NCBI GenBank assembly: GCA_945861645.1 | Contig: CAMAVZ010000012.1 | Span: 1-53,367 of the forward strand | Origin: Opitutus sp. GAS368 | GTDB taxonomy: Bacteria > Verrucomicrobiota > Verrucomicrobiia > Opitutales > Opitutaceae | Length of the DNA stretch: 53,367 bases | Direction of reading: 5' to 3' | Part shown: positions 19,860-30,184 of the stretch, in pieces | How positions within the stretch are numbered: the stretch's first letter is position 1 | Layout: each line of letters begins with the position of its first letter | The notes under the pieces: model-generated | What the model was told of the DNA's origin: nothing | Databases searched by the model: none | The model's input: the letters and a program-made list of their open reading frames with translations, nothing else | Translations under genes and position numbers: made by a program

Positions 19860-20405
19860 TCAGGGCGAGGGGATAGCGACAATCAGCCGTTTGCTCTTGC
19901 CCGTTTTAATGCCGTGGGCCCGGGCACTGGTTTTCTGGCAGGCCGGGCAGACTCCGAAAAATTCAATCACGTGGCTAATTTGCGTATAACCGCGATCTTG
20001 AAGCATGCGCTCGACCCCCTCGACTGGGGAATAATTTAAGCGTTCAGTTTCGCCGCAGGCTTTACAAACAATGTGGTAGTGACGATCTCGGCCGAGGCTG
20101 AGTTCATAAAGACAAGTCCCGTTGTGTGAATAGCTGCGTCGGACAATATTCAGAGTCTCAAAGGCAGCGAGGCAGCGGTAAACCGTGACAAGATCGCATA
20201 CGGCAGCCCCGACATCATGGTGAATCCGTTCAATGCTGATGGGCCCTTTGTGTTGCAAAAGTGATTCGATGATCGCGATGCGCGGCTTGGTGATACGCAT
20301 TTTGGCCTGCCGGATACAGGCGCGGGCTTCTTGCAGGGGGGAGGTCCGCGGCGTGGCGGCGGCGACCGTAGCGATCGGATGATTGGAATGGGTTGCAGCG
20401 ATCAT
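19860..20405 (-). CDS. Fur-family transcriptional regulator
   Basis: RITKPR, LVTVYRCL, HYHIVCKACG, FFGVCPAC. Confidence 0.9.
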   Translation of the reverse strand: MIAATHSNHPIATVAAATPRTSPLQEARACIRQAKMRITKPRIAIIESLLQHKGPISIERIHHDVGAAVCDLVTVYRCLAAFETLNIVRRSYSHNGTCLYELSLGRDRHYHIVCKACGETERLNYSPVEGVERMLQDRGYTQISHVIEFFGVCPACQKTSARAHGIKTGKSKRLIVAIPSP

Positions 20406-20542
20406 AGGGGTGGGATATTTTTAGTTATACAATCTCGGGGAATATTTTTCGAGAAGAGTCGCTTGGTCTGTTGCGCTAAAAATCGAGGTGGTGCAGGGTT
20501 GCGGGGTTCGGCTGCCTGTGCTAGCTTGGCTTAAATTAATTA

Positions 20543-20971
20543 ATGCAAGATTTAGAATTTACCGCAATAGTAGGACTCATCTGCAAAGAAGATTCCCGAT
20601 TTGACCGTAAGGCATACACCTTAGTTCGGGAGGCTTTGGACCATACCGTTAAAGAATTGCGCAGGAAAAGTCCTGAACGAGCGGGGAAATCCCAACACAT
20701 CACCGGAGGAGAATTGCTGCACGGCATCCGGTCTTACGCGCTGGAGCAATACGGTCCGCTGACCAAAACTGTCTTAAATTTATGGGGGGTGACGCGCTGT
20801 GCTGATTTCGGCGATATCGTTTTTAATCTGATCGAGTATAATATTTTCAGCAAAACGGAAAACGATCGGCGCGAGGACTTCAGTGATATTTATGATTTCG
20901 ACGAGGCCTTTGTGCAACCGTTCGCGCCCGCCCGTCCGCGCCGAGCTCGCGGTCCACTGGGCACCGCGTGA
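20543..20971 (+). CDS. Conserved PVC-superphylum protein (Minf_1886-like)
   Basis: RFDRKAYTLVREAL, HITGGELL, WGVTRCADFGDIVFNL, DF motifs. Confidence 0.75.
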   Translation: MQDLEFTAIVGLICKEDSRFDRKAYTLVREALDHTVKELRRKSPERAGKSQHITGGELLHGIRSYALEQYGPLTKTVLNLWGVTRCADFGDIVFNLIEYNIFSKTENDRREDFSDIYDFDEAFVQPFAPARPRRARGPLGTA

Positions 20972-21048
20972 TAACATCTGAAGCGCTCGCTGCCGGTTGG
21001 CTTGAGCGACTCGGCTGTTTAATCATTTAACTAAACCGCTCTTTTTTC

Positions 21049-23610
21049 ATGCGCAAAAAAATGCTCACGCCCTCTCGCGATCTGGCCTTACTCGAAAATC
21101 TGTGGCGTGAATCCATCGATCGATTCACTCTGCCCAACGGGTTGACGGTGCTACTCAAGCGCGATGGCGCGGCCCCGGTTAGCTCGGTGCAGGTCTGGGT
21201 CAAAACGGGTAGTATCCACGAGGGTGGGGCGCTCGGGGCCGGCTTGTCCCACTATTTGGAACACATGCTCTTCAAGGGAACCACGCGCCGGGCGGGCCGA
21301 GAGATTTCGGCGACGGTGCAGGCCCATGGTGGCAACATCAATGCCTACACGACTTTTGATCGAACTGTTTATTATATCGATTTGCCCTCTGAGCATACGG
21401 GGGTGGCGATCGATCTTCTCGCGGATATAGTTTTGCACTCGACGCTGCCGGCTGCGGAGGTGGCGAAGGAAAAGGAAGTGATCTTGCGAGAGATTGAGAT
21501 GTGTCTAGATGATCCCGACCAACGGCTCACGCAGGCCTTGTTTGAGACCGCCTTTCACACGCACCCCTACCGCCAGCCCATTATCGGCCACCGCGAGATT
21601 TTTGCGGCCTGCCCGCGGGAGGACCTCGTAGCTTATTATCAGGCCCGTTATGTGCCGAACAATCTCGTGCTAATTATCGCCGGTGATTTTGACGTGGTGG
21701 CGACGCGCGCGGCCATCACTCACCATTTTGGCTCAGCCCCGCGCGCTCGGCTGGCGCCGGTGTTAGTGCCAGCTGAGTCGGCGCAGCTGGCCCGGCGTGA
21801 GCAACATCTCTACGAAGACGTAAAAGTTTCCCGGGCGGGTCTTGGCTGGCCAATTCCTGGACTCACTCACCCTGATGCTCCCGCGCTTGATATGCTCGCG
21901 CTCGTCTTGGGCCACGGTGACAGTTCACTGCTTTGGCAAAGTATGCGCGAACAAGCGCGCCTCGTCCACACGATCGACGTCATGGCGTGGAGCCCAGGCA
22001 CGTGTGGCTTGTTTTATATTTCATATTTAGCAGACCCAGCTAAACGCGCGGTGGCCGAGCAGGCCATCTTGCGTGAGCTTGCTCGCTTAGCGACCAAAGG
22101 CTTTCGACCCGCGATGCTGGCGAAAGCCGTGCGTCAGATGGTGACCTCGGAGGTCAACATGCGTAAAACCATGTCGGGGCAAGCCTCACGGCTTGGGGCC
22201 GGCGAGGTGGTGGTGGGGGATATCAATTATACCCGCACCTATTTTGCGCGGTTGTGCGCTTTAAAGCCGGTTGATCTGCAGCGCGTGATGAAAACTTACC
22301 TCGAGCCCGAACGCTTAACGGTCGTTTCCTCCAACCCCGTCGCTTCTGCTGATGAGACCGCCCGCCCCCCGCTTACCGCGAGCGCAGCTTCCCGGAATTT
22401 CTCTGAACTGACGCTGCCGAATGGGGCTCGTTTGCTGCTCCAACCGAACAAGCATTTGCCTAATTTACACCTGAGGCTCGCTTTCGCTGGGGGGCCGTTA
22501 TTCGAGCCCGCGGACAAACGCGGTCTCACCGCGCTCCTCGCCACCTTGTTGGTTAAGGATACTCAGCGCCGCACGGCGGAAGAAGTTGCTCGGGCGATCG
22601 AAGGCGTTGGCGGGAGCTTTCATGAATTTTCCGGTAATAATAGTTTTGGGCTGACCGCGGAAGTTTTGCCCAGCGATATCACCTTAGCGCTGCAATTGCT
22701 GGGCGATGCGATTCTACGGCCAGCGTTCAAATCAGCGACGCTAGAAATTGAAAGAGAGTCGGCACTGGCCTCGCTGCAAGAGAGTCTCGACGATGTCGTG
22801 TCGGTCGGACGAAAAATTATGCGGGCCAAATTCTTTGGTTCGCATCCCTTTGCCATCGAAAGCGGGGGTGATGCCGCCGGTTTACGGGCGATCGCGTTAG
22901 CCGATCTGCGGGCCCTGTATCGCCATTTAATTGTATCGGGTAACGCCGTGCTGGCGGTGGCGGGTGATTTTGATCCGAAAAAATTAGGCCCAGGGCTGAA
23001 AGCTTTCCTCGCGAAATTACCGTCAGGGCAAGTGGCCCAAAGACCGGCAAAAATAATCAGTGCCGTGGGTGATTTTATTGAGCAACAGCCGCGACAGCAG
23101 GCGATCGTTTTTCAAGCATTCCCCGGCCCTGGACTGCAGTCTCCCGATTATCCGGTGAGCGAAGTGGCCGATGAGCTTTTCAGTGGAATGTCTTCGCACC
23201 TGTTTGAACGCGTGCGGGAAGAGAAAAGTCTAGCCTATTTTGTTCGCTCGAATCGTTTGGTGGGCCTCGAAGTGGGGCTCTTCTATTTTTATGCGGGCAC
23301 GAGTCCGGAACGCTACCCCGAGGTGCTGGCAGAATTAGATCGGGAGATTTTGCGGGTGCAGCAAGGCCGAGTTACCGCCGAAGAATTGCGGCGTTGTCAG
23401 ATTCGGCTCAAAGCCGGCAAGCGGATGAGTCAGCAAACTAATGCAGCGCGCGCCATGCAGGCGGCGTTGAATGCAATCTATGGTCAGCCCGTCAACGATG
23501 GACCGCTCTACGAAGCCCGCATTGATACGGTTACCTTAGCTGACCTGCAGGGTTTCGCGCAAAAATATTTTCAACGCTCGCAGCGGGTCCAACTTGTAGT
23601 GAAACCATAA
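21049..23610 (+). CDS. M16 (pitrilysin-like) zinc peptidase
   Basis: Inverted zinc motif HYLEH, NAYTTFDRTVY, duplicated M16 halves. Confidence 0.93.
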   Translation: MRKKMLTPSRDLALLENLWRESIDRFTLPNGLTVLLKRDGAAPVSSVQVWVKTGSIHEGGALGAGLSHYLEHMLFKGTTRRAGREISATVQAHGGNINAYTTFDRTVYYIDLPSEHTGVAIDLLADIVLHSTLPAAEVAKEKEVILREIEMCLDDPDQRLTQALFETAFHTHPYRQPIIGHREIFAACPREDLVAYYQARYVPNNLVLIIAGDFDVVATRAAITHHFGSAPRARLAPVLVPAESAQLARREQHLYEDVKVSRAGLGWPIPGLTHPDAPALDMLALVLGHGDSSLLWQSMREQARLVHTIDVMAWSPGTCGLFYISYLADPAKRAVAEQAILRELARLATKGFRPAMLAKAVRQMVTSEVNMRKTMSGQASRLGAGEVVVGDINYTRTYFARLCALKPVDLQRVMKTYLEPERLTVVSSNPVASADETARPPLTASAASRNFSELTLPNGARLLLQPNKHLPNLHLRLAFAGGPLFEPADKRGLTALLATLLVKDTQRRTAEEVARAIEGVGGSFHEFSGNNSFGLTAEVLPSDITLALQLLGDAILRPAFKSATLEIERESALASLQESLDDVVSVGRKIMRAKFFGSHPFAIESGGDAAGLRAIALADLRALYRHLIVSGNAVLAVAGDFDPKKLGPGLKAFLAKLPSGQVAQRPAKIISAVGDFIEQQPRQQAIVFQAFPGPGLQSPDYPVSEVADELFSGMSSHLFERVREEKSLAYFVRSNRLVGLEVGLFYFYAGTSPERYPEVLAELDREILRVQQGRVTAEELRRCQIRLKAGKRMSQQTNAARAMQAALNAIYGQPVNDGPLYEARIDTVTLADLQGFAQKYFQRSQRVQLVVKP

Positions 23611-23683
23611 AGCGTGAGCTGCCTAATTTTAGGCTAACGCACCGCTCGGCGATTCGCGGGCGGGCGGATAAATTGAGCGGGTT

Positions 23684-24040
23684 ATGAAATTAAAATCGCT
23701 TCGTTTCCTGATCGTGCCGGGTCTTCTGACACTGGCACTGGCATTCCTCACTCCCATCGCTTCCGCTCAAGACAGTGCCGCAAAACCGGCTAAGGCTCCG
23801 AGCAAGGCTAGTCTAAAAAAATATGACGCCAACGGCGATCATCAGCTCGACGAAGCCGAGACCGCCAAAATGAAGGCGGATGCTCACGATAAGCGCGCGG
23901 CTCAGCAGGCCGAGAAATTGGCTAAATATGATGCCGATCATGATCATAAACTCAGTAAGGAGGAAACCGCCGCTATGAAGGCTGAGCAGGAGGCCGCCAA
24001 GCAGGCCAAGCTTGCCGCCAAGACGGCAGATAGAAATTAA
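23684..24040 (+). CDS. Small secreted EF-hand-like protein
   Basis: Signal peptide; two KYDANGDHQLDEAE / KYDADHDHKLSKEE loops. Confidence 0.75.
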   Translation: MKLKSLRFLIVPGLLTLALAFLTPIASAQDSAAKPAKAPSKASLKKYDANGDHQLDEAETAKMKADAHDKRAAQQAEKLAKYDADHDHKLSKEETAAMKAEQEAAKQAKLAAKTADRN

Positions 24041-24145
24041 GGCGGATGGGTTTGAGGCGAGCACAACCTGCTGGTGTATCCGGTGGGTTGTGCTCGTTGG
24101 GCTCAGGCCCGTGGCAACTTGCGAGCACTCACGCGCGCTCGGCGC

Positions 24146-24988
24146 TTATTTTTTTTCTAAAAAACCGCCGCTCCACTTAAGTTTGGCGCGCATGACTTCA
24201 AAATGGGAGTAATCGCGGCGCTGCACGAGATTTAGGGTTAGGGGCGAGACGGTGATTTCGATGGGGGAACCTTCTGACATCACCAAATCACGTTGCCCAT
24301 CCATCGCGACAAGCAGGCGGGAGTCATCGCTGCGATTGTAAACGGATAACTTAACATCGTCGCGAAAAATAATCGTGCGATTGCTGAGGGTGTGTGGACA
24401 GATCGGGGTCATCGCAATCACGCCGGCTGCTGGGTGAATGATCGGCCCGCCGGCCGCCAGATTGTACGCCGTCGATCCTGTGGGGGTGGAGAAAATGACG
24501 CCGTCGCAATAATAATCCGTGACGAGCTTCCCGTTGGCAAAAACTTCTAGCCGGACCAGTCGAGAATTGGTCGCATTTTTTATCAGTACATCGTTGAGCG
24601 CAATGTCCCGGTGGCGCGGGCCCGTTTTGCAATCCAGCAGCGCGCGTTGCGCGATGCCGTAATCACCGGTGAGCAAGGTGGCAAATTGGCTGCGGGCTTC
24701 ATCCGCGGAAAAAGTAGTGAGAAAACCGAGCCCGCCTTGATTGACGCCAATGATGGGAATGCCTTGGCGCGCGGCACCGCGCACGACTCCGAGGAGGGTG
24801 CCGTCACCACCGATCACACAGCAAGCGTCACAATCTTTAAAATAGCCGCGGGGCAATTTGCGATCCCCGGTGAGCTTGGTTTTCTTGATGCCTCCCTGCC
24901 GCGCGATTAGGAGCAATTCGTTCGCCAACTCGGCCGCGCCGGCTTTATCGGAGTTATAGACCAAGGCTAATTTGCGAAAGGGAGGCAT
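24146..24988 (-). CDS. nadK: NAD(+) kinase
   Basis: GGDGTLL, GLGFL, ALND, DGVIFSTPTGSTAYNLAAGGP. Confidence 0.95.
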   Translation of the reverse strand: MPPFRKLALVYNSDKAGAAELANELLLIARQGGIKKTKLTGDRKLPRGYFKDCDACCVIGGDGTLLGVVRGAARQGIPIIGVNQGGLGFLTTFSADEARSQFATLLTGDYGIAQRALLDCKTGPRHRDIALNDVLIKNATNSRLVRLEVFANGKLVTDYYCDGVIFSTPTGSTAYNLAAGGPIIHPAAGVIAMTPICPHTLSNRTIIFRDDVKLSVYNRSDDSRLLVAMDGQRDLVMSEGSPIEITVSPLTLNLVQRRDYSHFEVMRAKLKWSGGFLEKK

Positions 24989-25137
24989 GGGGATGTCCGA
25001 TTGATTACGCTGATAAGGTCAAAAGGGGAAACCTATTTAATAAAAATTGCGCAAGCTGTTTACGTCATAGCGCACATTTTTAAGCCGTCGCCTTGGGGGA
25101 ATTGGCCTAGGCGCGCACAGCCCTGAGCGTATTTCCC

Positions 25138-25914
25138 TTAATTGTTCTGGCCGAGCTTAGGCGGGGCCCCGGTCTTAGTCAGCCCCAATAAATATTCGCG
25201 ATTACCGTCGGCGCCATGAACCGGACATTCCATCTCGCCGATCAAGGCTGCACTCAGCAATTCGTGCAACGCGAAGGCGCGCACTTCAGCGAGCACCCGG
25301 GAGCGGACGGCATCATCACGAATGATGCCTTGCCCCTTATCAACTTCGGCTTTGCCGGCCTCAAACTGCGGTTTAACTAGGGCGATGAGCGTGCCACCAG
25401 GCAGCAGAAATGGCCAGATGGCTGGGAGCACGCTTTTTAATGAGATGAAGGCGAGGTCCATCACCACGACATCGTAGTGCGTTCGCGGCAAATCACCGAG
25501 CTTCAGGTGACGAGCATTAATTTTTTCAAGATTAGTGACTCGTTGATCACGTTTGATTTTATCGTGCAGTTGTCCAAAACCCACATCCAGGCAAGTCACG
25601 CTGGCCGCGCCCGCTTGCAATACACAGTCGGTGAAACCACCGGTTGATGCGCCCACATCGAGGACATTTAAATCCAGCATAGAAATGGGGAATTGCTCAA
25701 GAAACGCGGCAAGTTTCTCCCCTCCGCGACTGACGAAGCGAGGCGGCTGATCGATATTGAGCTCAAAATTTGCCGGATACTCTTTCCCCGGTTTATCGAG
25801 GCGTTCGGTGCCATGACGAACTCGACCAGACATGATCAGAGCTTTGGCTTGGGCGCGCGTGGGCGCGAGGGCGCGCGTCACCAGTAATTCGTCCAATCGC
25901 GACCGAGTATGCAT
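25138..25914 (-). CDS. tlyA: TlyA-family rRNA methyltransferase
   Basis: S4 domain [42 protein letters not shown] at 25914. Confidence 0.93.
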   Translation of the reverse strand: MHTRSRLDELLVTRALAPTRAQAKALIMSGRVRHGTERLDKPGKEYPANFELNIDQPPRFVSRGGEKLAAFLEQFPISMLDLNVLDVGASTGGFTDCVLQAGAASVTCLDVGFGQLHDKIKRDQRVTNLEKINARHLKLGDLPRTHYDVVVMDLAFISLKSVLPAIWPFLLPGGTLIALVKPQFEAGKAEVDKGQGIIRDDAVRSRVLAEVRAFALHELLSAALIGEMECPVHGADGNREYLLGLTKTGAPPKLGQNN

Positions 25915-25919
25915 AGGGG

Positions 25920-26765
25920 TCAGTTTAACCGCTGGCGAGCGGGCGACCAGCAAGTAGTGCGTCCACCCACTGACTCTCGGATGAGCAATTTCCGTGTGCG
26001 GGGGCAACGACCCCCATCCGCCCAGCGGTGCCAGAAGAGCCAACTTTTCGGAATGTGGTGATTCAGATTTGGGGGAAGGTACTTTCCCCGACCTGCAATC
26101 TTCTGCAGCGCTGAGCGGCAGACTTGCCGACAGGCACGATGGAGCGCGCTCACCTCAGCTGGAGTCAGCGCGCCCGCTAGTTTTTTAGGATGGATCGCCG
26201 CCCGCCACAGAACTTCATCGGCCATCCAGTTACCTATTCCAGGAAATTTTTCCTGCATTAATAGGACCGCCTTAATCGAGGCGCGACCTCGACGGTGCAG
26301 GAAAGTGCGCACTGCCTCGATCGTGAAAGCTTTCGACAATATCGGTGGGGCGATGCGTGTCCACCAGGTGGGTGGTTGGTGGCCAGTCGCAAACCGAATA
26401 CCGCCGAACATGCGCGGATCATTGAAGACGAGTTGGCGGGTGGCTTGCACCAGGACGCAGTGATCATGTTTTGTGGGAGTGTAAGGCAGTGGCTCGGTGC
26501 GCAACTCACCACTCATGCCAAGATGAATCCCGAGCCAGCCCAGGCTGTTTTTGGGTAGACCGCCTCCCTTGAAGCGAAACAACATTTGCTTGGCCGCGGT
26601 CTCCGAATCGACCATCTGAGCGCCGATCAGGGATTTTTTTAGTAAAGCCAGCTGACCATCACGGAAAACTTTTTTGTCCTCATGAAGCCGGAGGGTCAGC
26701 ACTTTCGCGCCATGACCAAGGCTCCATCGTTTGCGGAAGAACTCTACTTCAGCTAACTCAGGCAT
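25920..26765 (-). CDS. mutM: Fpg/Nei DNA glycosylase
   Basis: [33 protein letters not shown]. Confidence 0.88.
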   Translation of the reverse strand: MPELAEVEFFRKRWSLGHGAKVLTLRLHEDKKVFRDGQLALLKKSLIGAQMVDSETAAKQMLFRFKGGGLPKNSLGWLGIHLGMSGELRTEPLPYTPTKHDHCVLVQATRQLVFNDPRMFGGIRFATGHQPPTWWTRIAPPILSKAFTIEAVRTFLHRRGRASIKAVLLMQEKFPGIGNWMADEVLWRAAIHPKKLAGALTPAEVSALHRACRQVCRSALQKIAGRGKYLPPNLNHHIPKSWLFWHRWADGGRCPRTRKLLIRESVGGRTTCWSPARQRLN

Positions 26766-26843
26766 TGGTTAATAAATTAATATCTCTCTTAAATGAGCAG
26801 AGGACGAGTTGGACGGCGGTCGCATTGCTAATGAAGTGACGGC

Positions 26844-27980
26844 TCAACGAAGCTCCCAGTCGTAGGGGTGTTTAGACAGTGCCTTCGTCCCCGTTGTGGT
26901 GACTTGCACCACGTCTTCCCAGCGACATCCCCCGAGTCCGGGGTAGTAAAGGCCCGGCTCGACCGTCAGGACTGAGCCTTTTTTTAATGGATAGGGGGTA
27001 GTCGCCGCCATTCGACCGGGATCATGGATGGCTAAGCCGAGCCCATGGCCGGTCCCATGAAAAAAACCTTCGGAGCCAGTTTTTTTGCGCTTCGTCTCAT
27101 AGCCAGCTGCGGCAAAGCATTGCGTGACGGCTTGGTGCACGAGTCGGCCATCGACGTTCGCACGGATCACCTCGGTCGCGCGTTGCTGAGCTGCTCGGAC
27201 TGTGTGCACCAGTCTTTGCTGGGCCTCCGATGCGCGGCCTTTAAGGTAGGTGCGGGTCATATCACCGAAATAACCGGTCCGCACGACGCGCGGGAAGATA
27301 TCCATGATGATGAGTTCGTTGGGTCGCAGTGGACCAAAGCCCCGCTCGTGGGGATCGCACGCTTGGTCGCCGCCGGCGAGGATGGTATCTTGAGGGTTGC
27401 CGCCTTGTTCACGAATCGCGGTCTCGAGTGCGAAGCGCAGGCTTTCGGAGGTTAGGACTTTGCCTTGATAGAGCAGGGTGCGGCCCTTGATTCTGGCGGC
27501 GCGCAATATTTTTTCCGCAACGGTGTAGCCGACGGTACAGAGGCGGTTGCCTTCGCGAATGCAAGCGACTTCCCAGTCTGATTTGATCTCTCGTTCCGGG
27601 AATAACATGCCCTGGGCCAAGGTGAGCTTCAGGCCCAGCGCGGTCAGTTTTATGTATAGGCCCGCCGGAAAGTCGTCGGCCACGCGAAAATGTCTCAGGC
27701 GATATTCACCGGCGAGGGTGGCAATAATTTCGGCGACCCCGGCTTGGGGGCCGTAAAGATCTTGGGCGCGTGCTAAATAAATTTCGCGGGATAAGACGAC
27801 ATCGAAGGCGCTAGTTTTTTTGACTCGGCCAAATTCTAACGCGCTTTGGACTGAGATTTTTTTGCCCCGCACGCCCAAGGCAATAAAGGGGTCGTGCACT
27901 TCGACTCGACCGAAGTAAAGCATGTCAGCATTGGAATGAGTTTCGGCGTACAGCAGGGGGCTGGGGGTGGGGCTTTGCAT
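26844..27980 (-). CDS. Xaa-Pro peptidase (M24 family)
   Basis: GDMTRT, HGTGHGLGLAIHD, TVEPGLY, GCRWED. Confidence 0.92.
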   Translation of the reverse strand: MQSPTPSPLLYAETHSNADMLYFGRVEVHDPFIALGVRGKKISVQSALEFGRVKKTSAFDVVLSREIYLARAQDLYGPQAGVAEIIATLAGEYRLRHFRVADDFPAGLYIKLTALGLKLTLAQGMLFPEREIKSDWEVACIREGNRLCTVGYTVAEKILRAARIKGRTLLYQGKVLTSESLRFALETAIREQGGNPQDTILAGGDQACDPHERGFGPLRPNELIIMDIFPRVVRTGYFGDMTRTYLKGRASEAQQRLVHTVRAAQQRATEVIRANVDGRLVHQAVTQCFAAAGYETKRKKTGSEGFFHGTGHGLGLAIHDPGRMAATTPYPLKKGSVLTVEPGLYYPGLGGCRWEDVVQVTTTGTKALSKHPYDWELR

Positions 27981-28109
27981 AGAAGCAAATTGTGCGCTGG
28001 GCGGGCTAAGGCGAGAAACTTTACGGGATCGCTTGATCTCCTTTGCTAAGAGTAGGATTGAGTTTATTTTCTAAGATCGTTCGCTAGAGCTTAGCTCCAA
28101 AATTTAAAA

Positions 28110-28631
28110 ATGTTTTCCTGCTCGCGCTTAATTTCTTCTCTCCCGTTAGCCGCAGTTATGGTGTTGACCGCTTGGGGTGACTCGCCGCCGCAGCAGGCGC
28201 GCGGGGACAAGACGGTCGCCGATCGCTTTTCGATCAAGATCGGTGATCGCCTAGTGGCGATGCAGATTGCGGCGTTGCCCGCTGAGCTGCAGCACGGGCT
28301 AATGTTCCGTCAGACGATGGGGAGTGATGAGGGCATGCTCTTTGTTTTTACGACGCCCCAGCAGATGGGTTTTTGGATGCGCAACACGATCCTGCCCCTC
28401 GATATCGGCTACATCGACAGCACCGGTAAACTTAAAGAAATTTATCCAATGTACCCGCTGGATGAGAAGCCCGTAGCATCGCGCAGTCACGCCATCCAAT
28501 ACTGCCTCGAGATGAATCAAGGCTGGTATGCGCGCCATGGGGTAAAAGCGGGTGCGGCGCTTGACCTCAAGGCCGTAGCGGCGGCGCTGCAGGCGCGCGG
28601 TCTCCCTGCGCTGGCCGCGGGACTGCGTTAA
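28110..28631 (+). CDS. DUF192-family protein
   Basis: GLMFR, GMLFVF, FWMRNT..PLDI, LEMNQG. Confidence 0.9.
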   Translation: MFSCSRLISSLPLAAVMVLTAWGDSPPQQARGDKTVADRFSIKIGDRLVAMQIAALPAELQHGLMFRQTMGSDEGMLFVFTTPQQMGFWMRNTILPLDIGYIDSTGKLKEIYPMYPLDEKPVASRSHAIQYCLEMNQGWYARHGVKAGAALDLKAVAAALQARGLPALAAGLR

Positions 28632-29116
28632 CCTTCGCGATCGTTGCTCCGGCGGCGGTCAACTTTCTCCATTTTAAATTCATCCTTCGGGAGAATATTG
28701 TCGGTGACCACAACGGCGACGGGCAGTTTGGTTTTTACCCACAGCTCGGATTCGCGGAAATATTTGGGGCTGCCGCTCTCCAGCGCTTCGCCGATAGATT
28801 TTACGGGTAACAGTCGGCCGCGTTTCGAGGCGTTGAAATCATAGGCGCCTTTGAAGATGCGGTCAGTCGTTGAGTAGGGGCTAGCGTCTTCGGGGATTTG
28901 GACCACCCAGCCGGTGAGGTCCTGTTTGGGCAATTTCCCCTCGGGGTCCGATAATAAAACAACGAACTGTTTTTTCGGGGCAGGCGGCTTGATATCATCA
29001 TCCGCATTAGGCTGCGTCACAAAATTAAGCTCAGCCACGATCTCCCGCAACAAGGCGGGGTCGATTTTGTGTTTCTTGAGAATTTCAGCGACTTGATTGA
29101 CTTCGATTTTGGCCAT
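28628..29116 (-). CDS. Hypothetical protein
   Basis: 162-aa ORF with protein-like composition filling the gap between flanking genes. Confidence 0.75.
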   Translation of the reverse strand: MAKIEVNQVAEILKKHKIDPALLREIVAELNFVTQPNADDDIKPPAPKKQFVVLLSDPEGKLPKQDLTGWVVQIPEDASPYSTTDRIFKGAYDFNASKRGRLLPVKSIGEALESGSPKYFRESELWVKTKLPVAVVVTDNILPKDEFKMEKVDRRRSNDREG

Positions 29117-29132
29117 GAGAAATAAGAAAACG

Positions 29133-29161
29133 ACGAATGGACACGAATGGACGCGAATGAC
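29133..29161 (+). repeat. Short 10-bp tandem repeat (ACGAATGGAC x ~3)
   Basis: ACGAATGGAC ACGAATGGAC GCGAATGAC in the divergent intergenic gap. Confidence 0.7.
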
Positions 29162-29172
29162 AAAGCTAATTC

Positions 29173-29685
29173 ATGGGCCAAAATTTGGACGAACTATTCG
29201 ATGTGGTGGATGAGCAAGACCGGGTGACGGGGCAGCTGGCCCGTCGCGAAGTGCACGGGCGCGGGCTGCGACACCGTGCGGTCCATTTGCTGGTGGTTAA
29301 TCGTTCGGGTCAGGTTTTTTTACAGCAACGATCCCTGCAGAAAGATTTGTTTCCTGGGCTGTGGGATTCTTCTGCAGCTGGTCATGTTGGGGCTGGCGAA
29401 GACTATGATGGCACGGCGCAGCGTGAATTGGCGGAGGAACTAGGCTGCCGGCCCGATCAGCCACCGAGACCATTATTCAAAATCGGAGCACGGGAGGAAA
29501 CCGGACAGGAATTCGTCTGGGTCTACCGGGTAGAAGCAGAGGGGCCCTTCGTCCTACAGGCCGATGAAATTGAAGGTGGGGCTTGGTTCACCGTGGAAGA
29601 AATAGACCGTTGGCATGCTACGCGGCCGCAGGAGCTAGCTCCGGCTTTCATCTATCTTTGGCCCCAAGCCAAGCGCTGGCTCTAA
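29173..29685 (+). CDS. NUDIX hydrolase (Idi/YfcD-like)
   Basis: HRAVH, QQRS..KD.FPGLWD, GHVGAGE..AQRELAEELG. Confidence 0.9.
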   Translation: MGQNLDELFDVVDEQDRVTGQLARREVHGRGLRHRAVHLLVVNRSGQVFLQQRSLQKDLFPGLWDSSAAGHVGAGEDYDGTAQRELAEELGCRPDQPPRPLFKIGAREETGQEFVWVYRVEAEGPFVLQADEIEGGAWFTVEEIDRWHATRPQELAPAFIYLWPQAKRWL

Positions 29686-29760
29686 GCAGGCCTCCCCATG
29701 CCCATGGCTAAGCTCGTAACAGACTTGCCTCTTCGGCCCTAGTAGAATCCGCAGCTGGCA

Positions 29761-29997
29761 TCAGCGCGGCCGCTGGCTCAGGATGAATTCAAATTGCTTC
29801 TGGGAAAAAAGGCGGCGGGGCACGCGCCGTTCGGCTTCGCTGATTAATTTGTCCCAGTCTACATCATTAGGGTTGAAAGGGTCCCACGAGGAGTTGTGAC
29901 CATATTTTTTGGTCCACGTTATATTTTTGCCGAAGATATCAACACACACTTGGTGTTTTTTGCCTTCTTCATCTTTTTGCCACCAGCCGAATTCCAT
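29761..29997 (-). CDS. Hypothetical protein
   Basis: MEFGWWQKDEEGKK..AERRVPRRL; ATG at 29997. Confidence 0.7.
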   Translation of the reverse strand: MEFGWWQKDEEGKKHQVCVDIFGKNITWTKKYGHNSSWDPFNPNDVDWDKLISEAERRVPRRLFSQKQFEFILSQRPR

Positions 29998-30184
29998 GGG
30001 GCCAAGGCGTAACGGTTCCGCGAGCGGTCGCAAGCGCGGCGTTGTTTAATATTTCCAGGCAGTCTCAGTGCCTGCCCCGCAGAGCTAGCATGCGCCACCC
30101 TGCGCTGCGCACGGCGCGGGCCGATTATTAAGGCAGAGGACGAACCAAGCTTGCTGCGGCTGGAGTTGCCAGCTGCGACCTCAA

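Noticed and set aside
25915-26043. Longer tlyA start at 26043
   Set aside because: Overlaps the fpg 3' end; homology begins at the Met at 25914.
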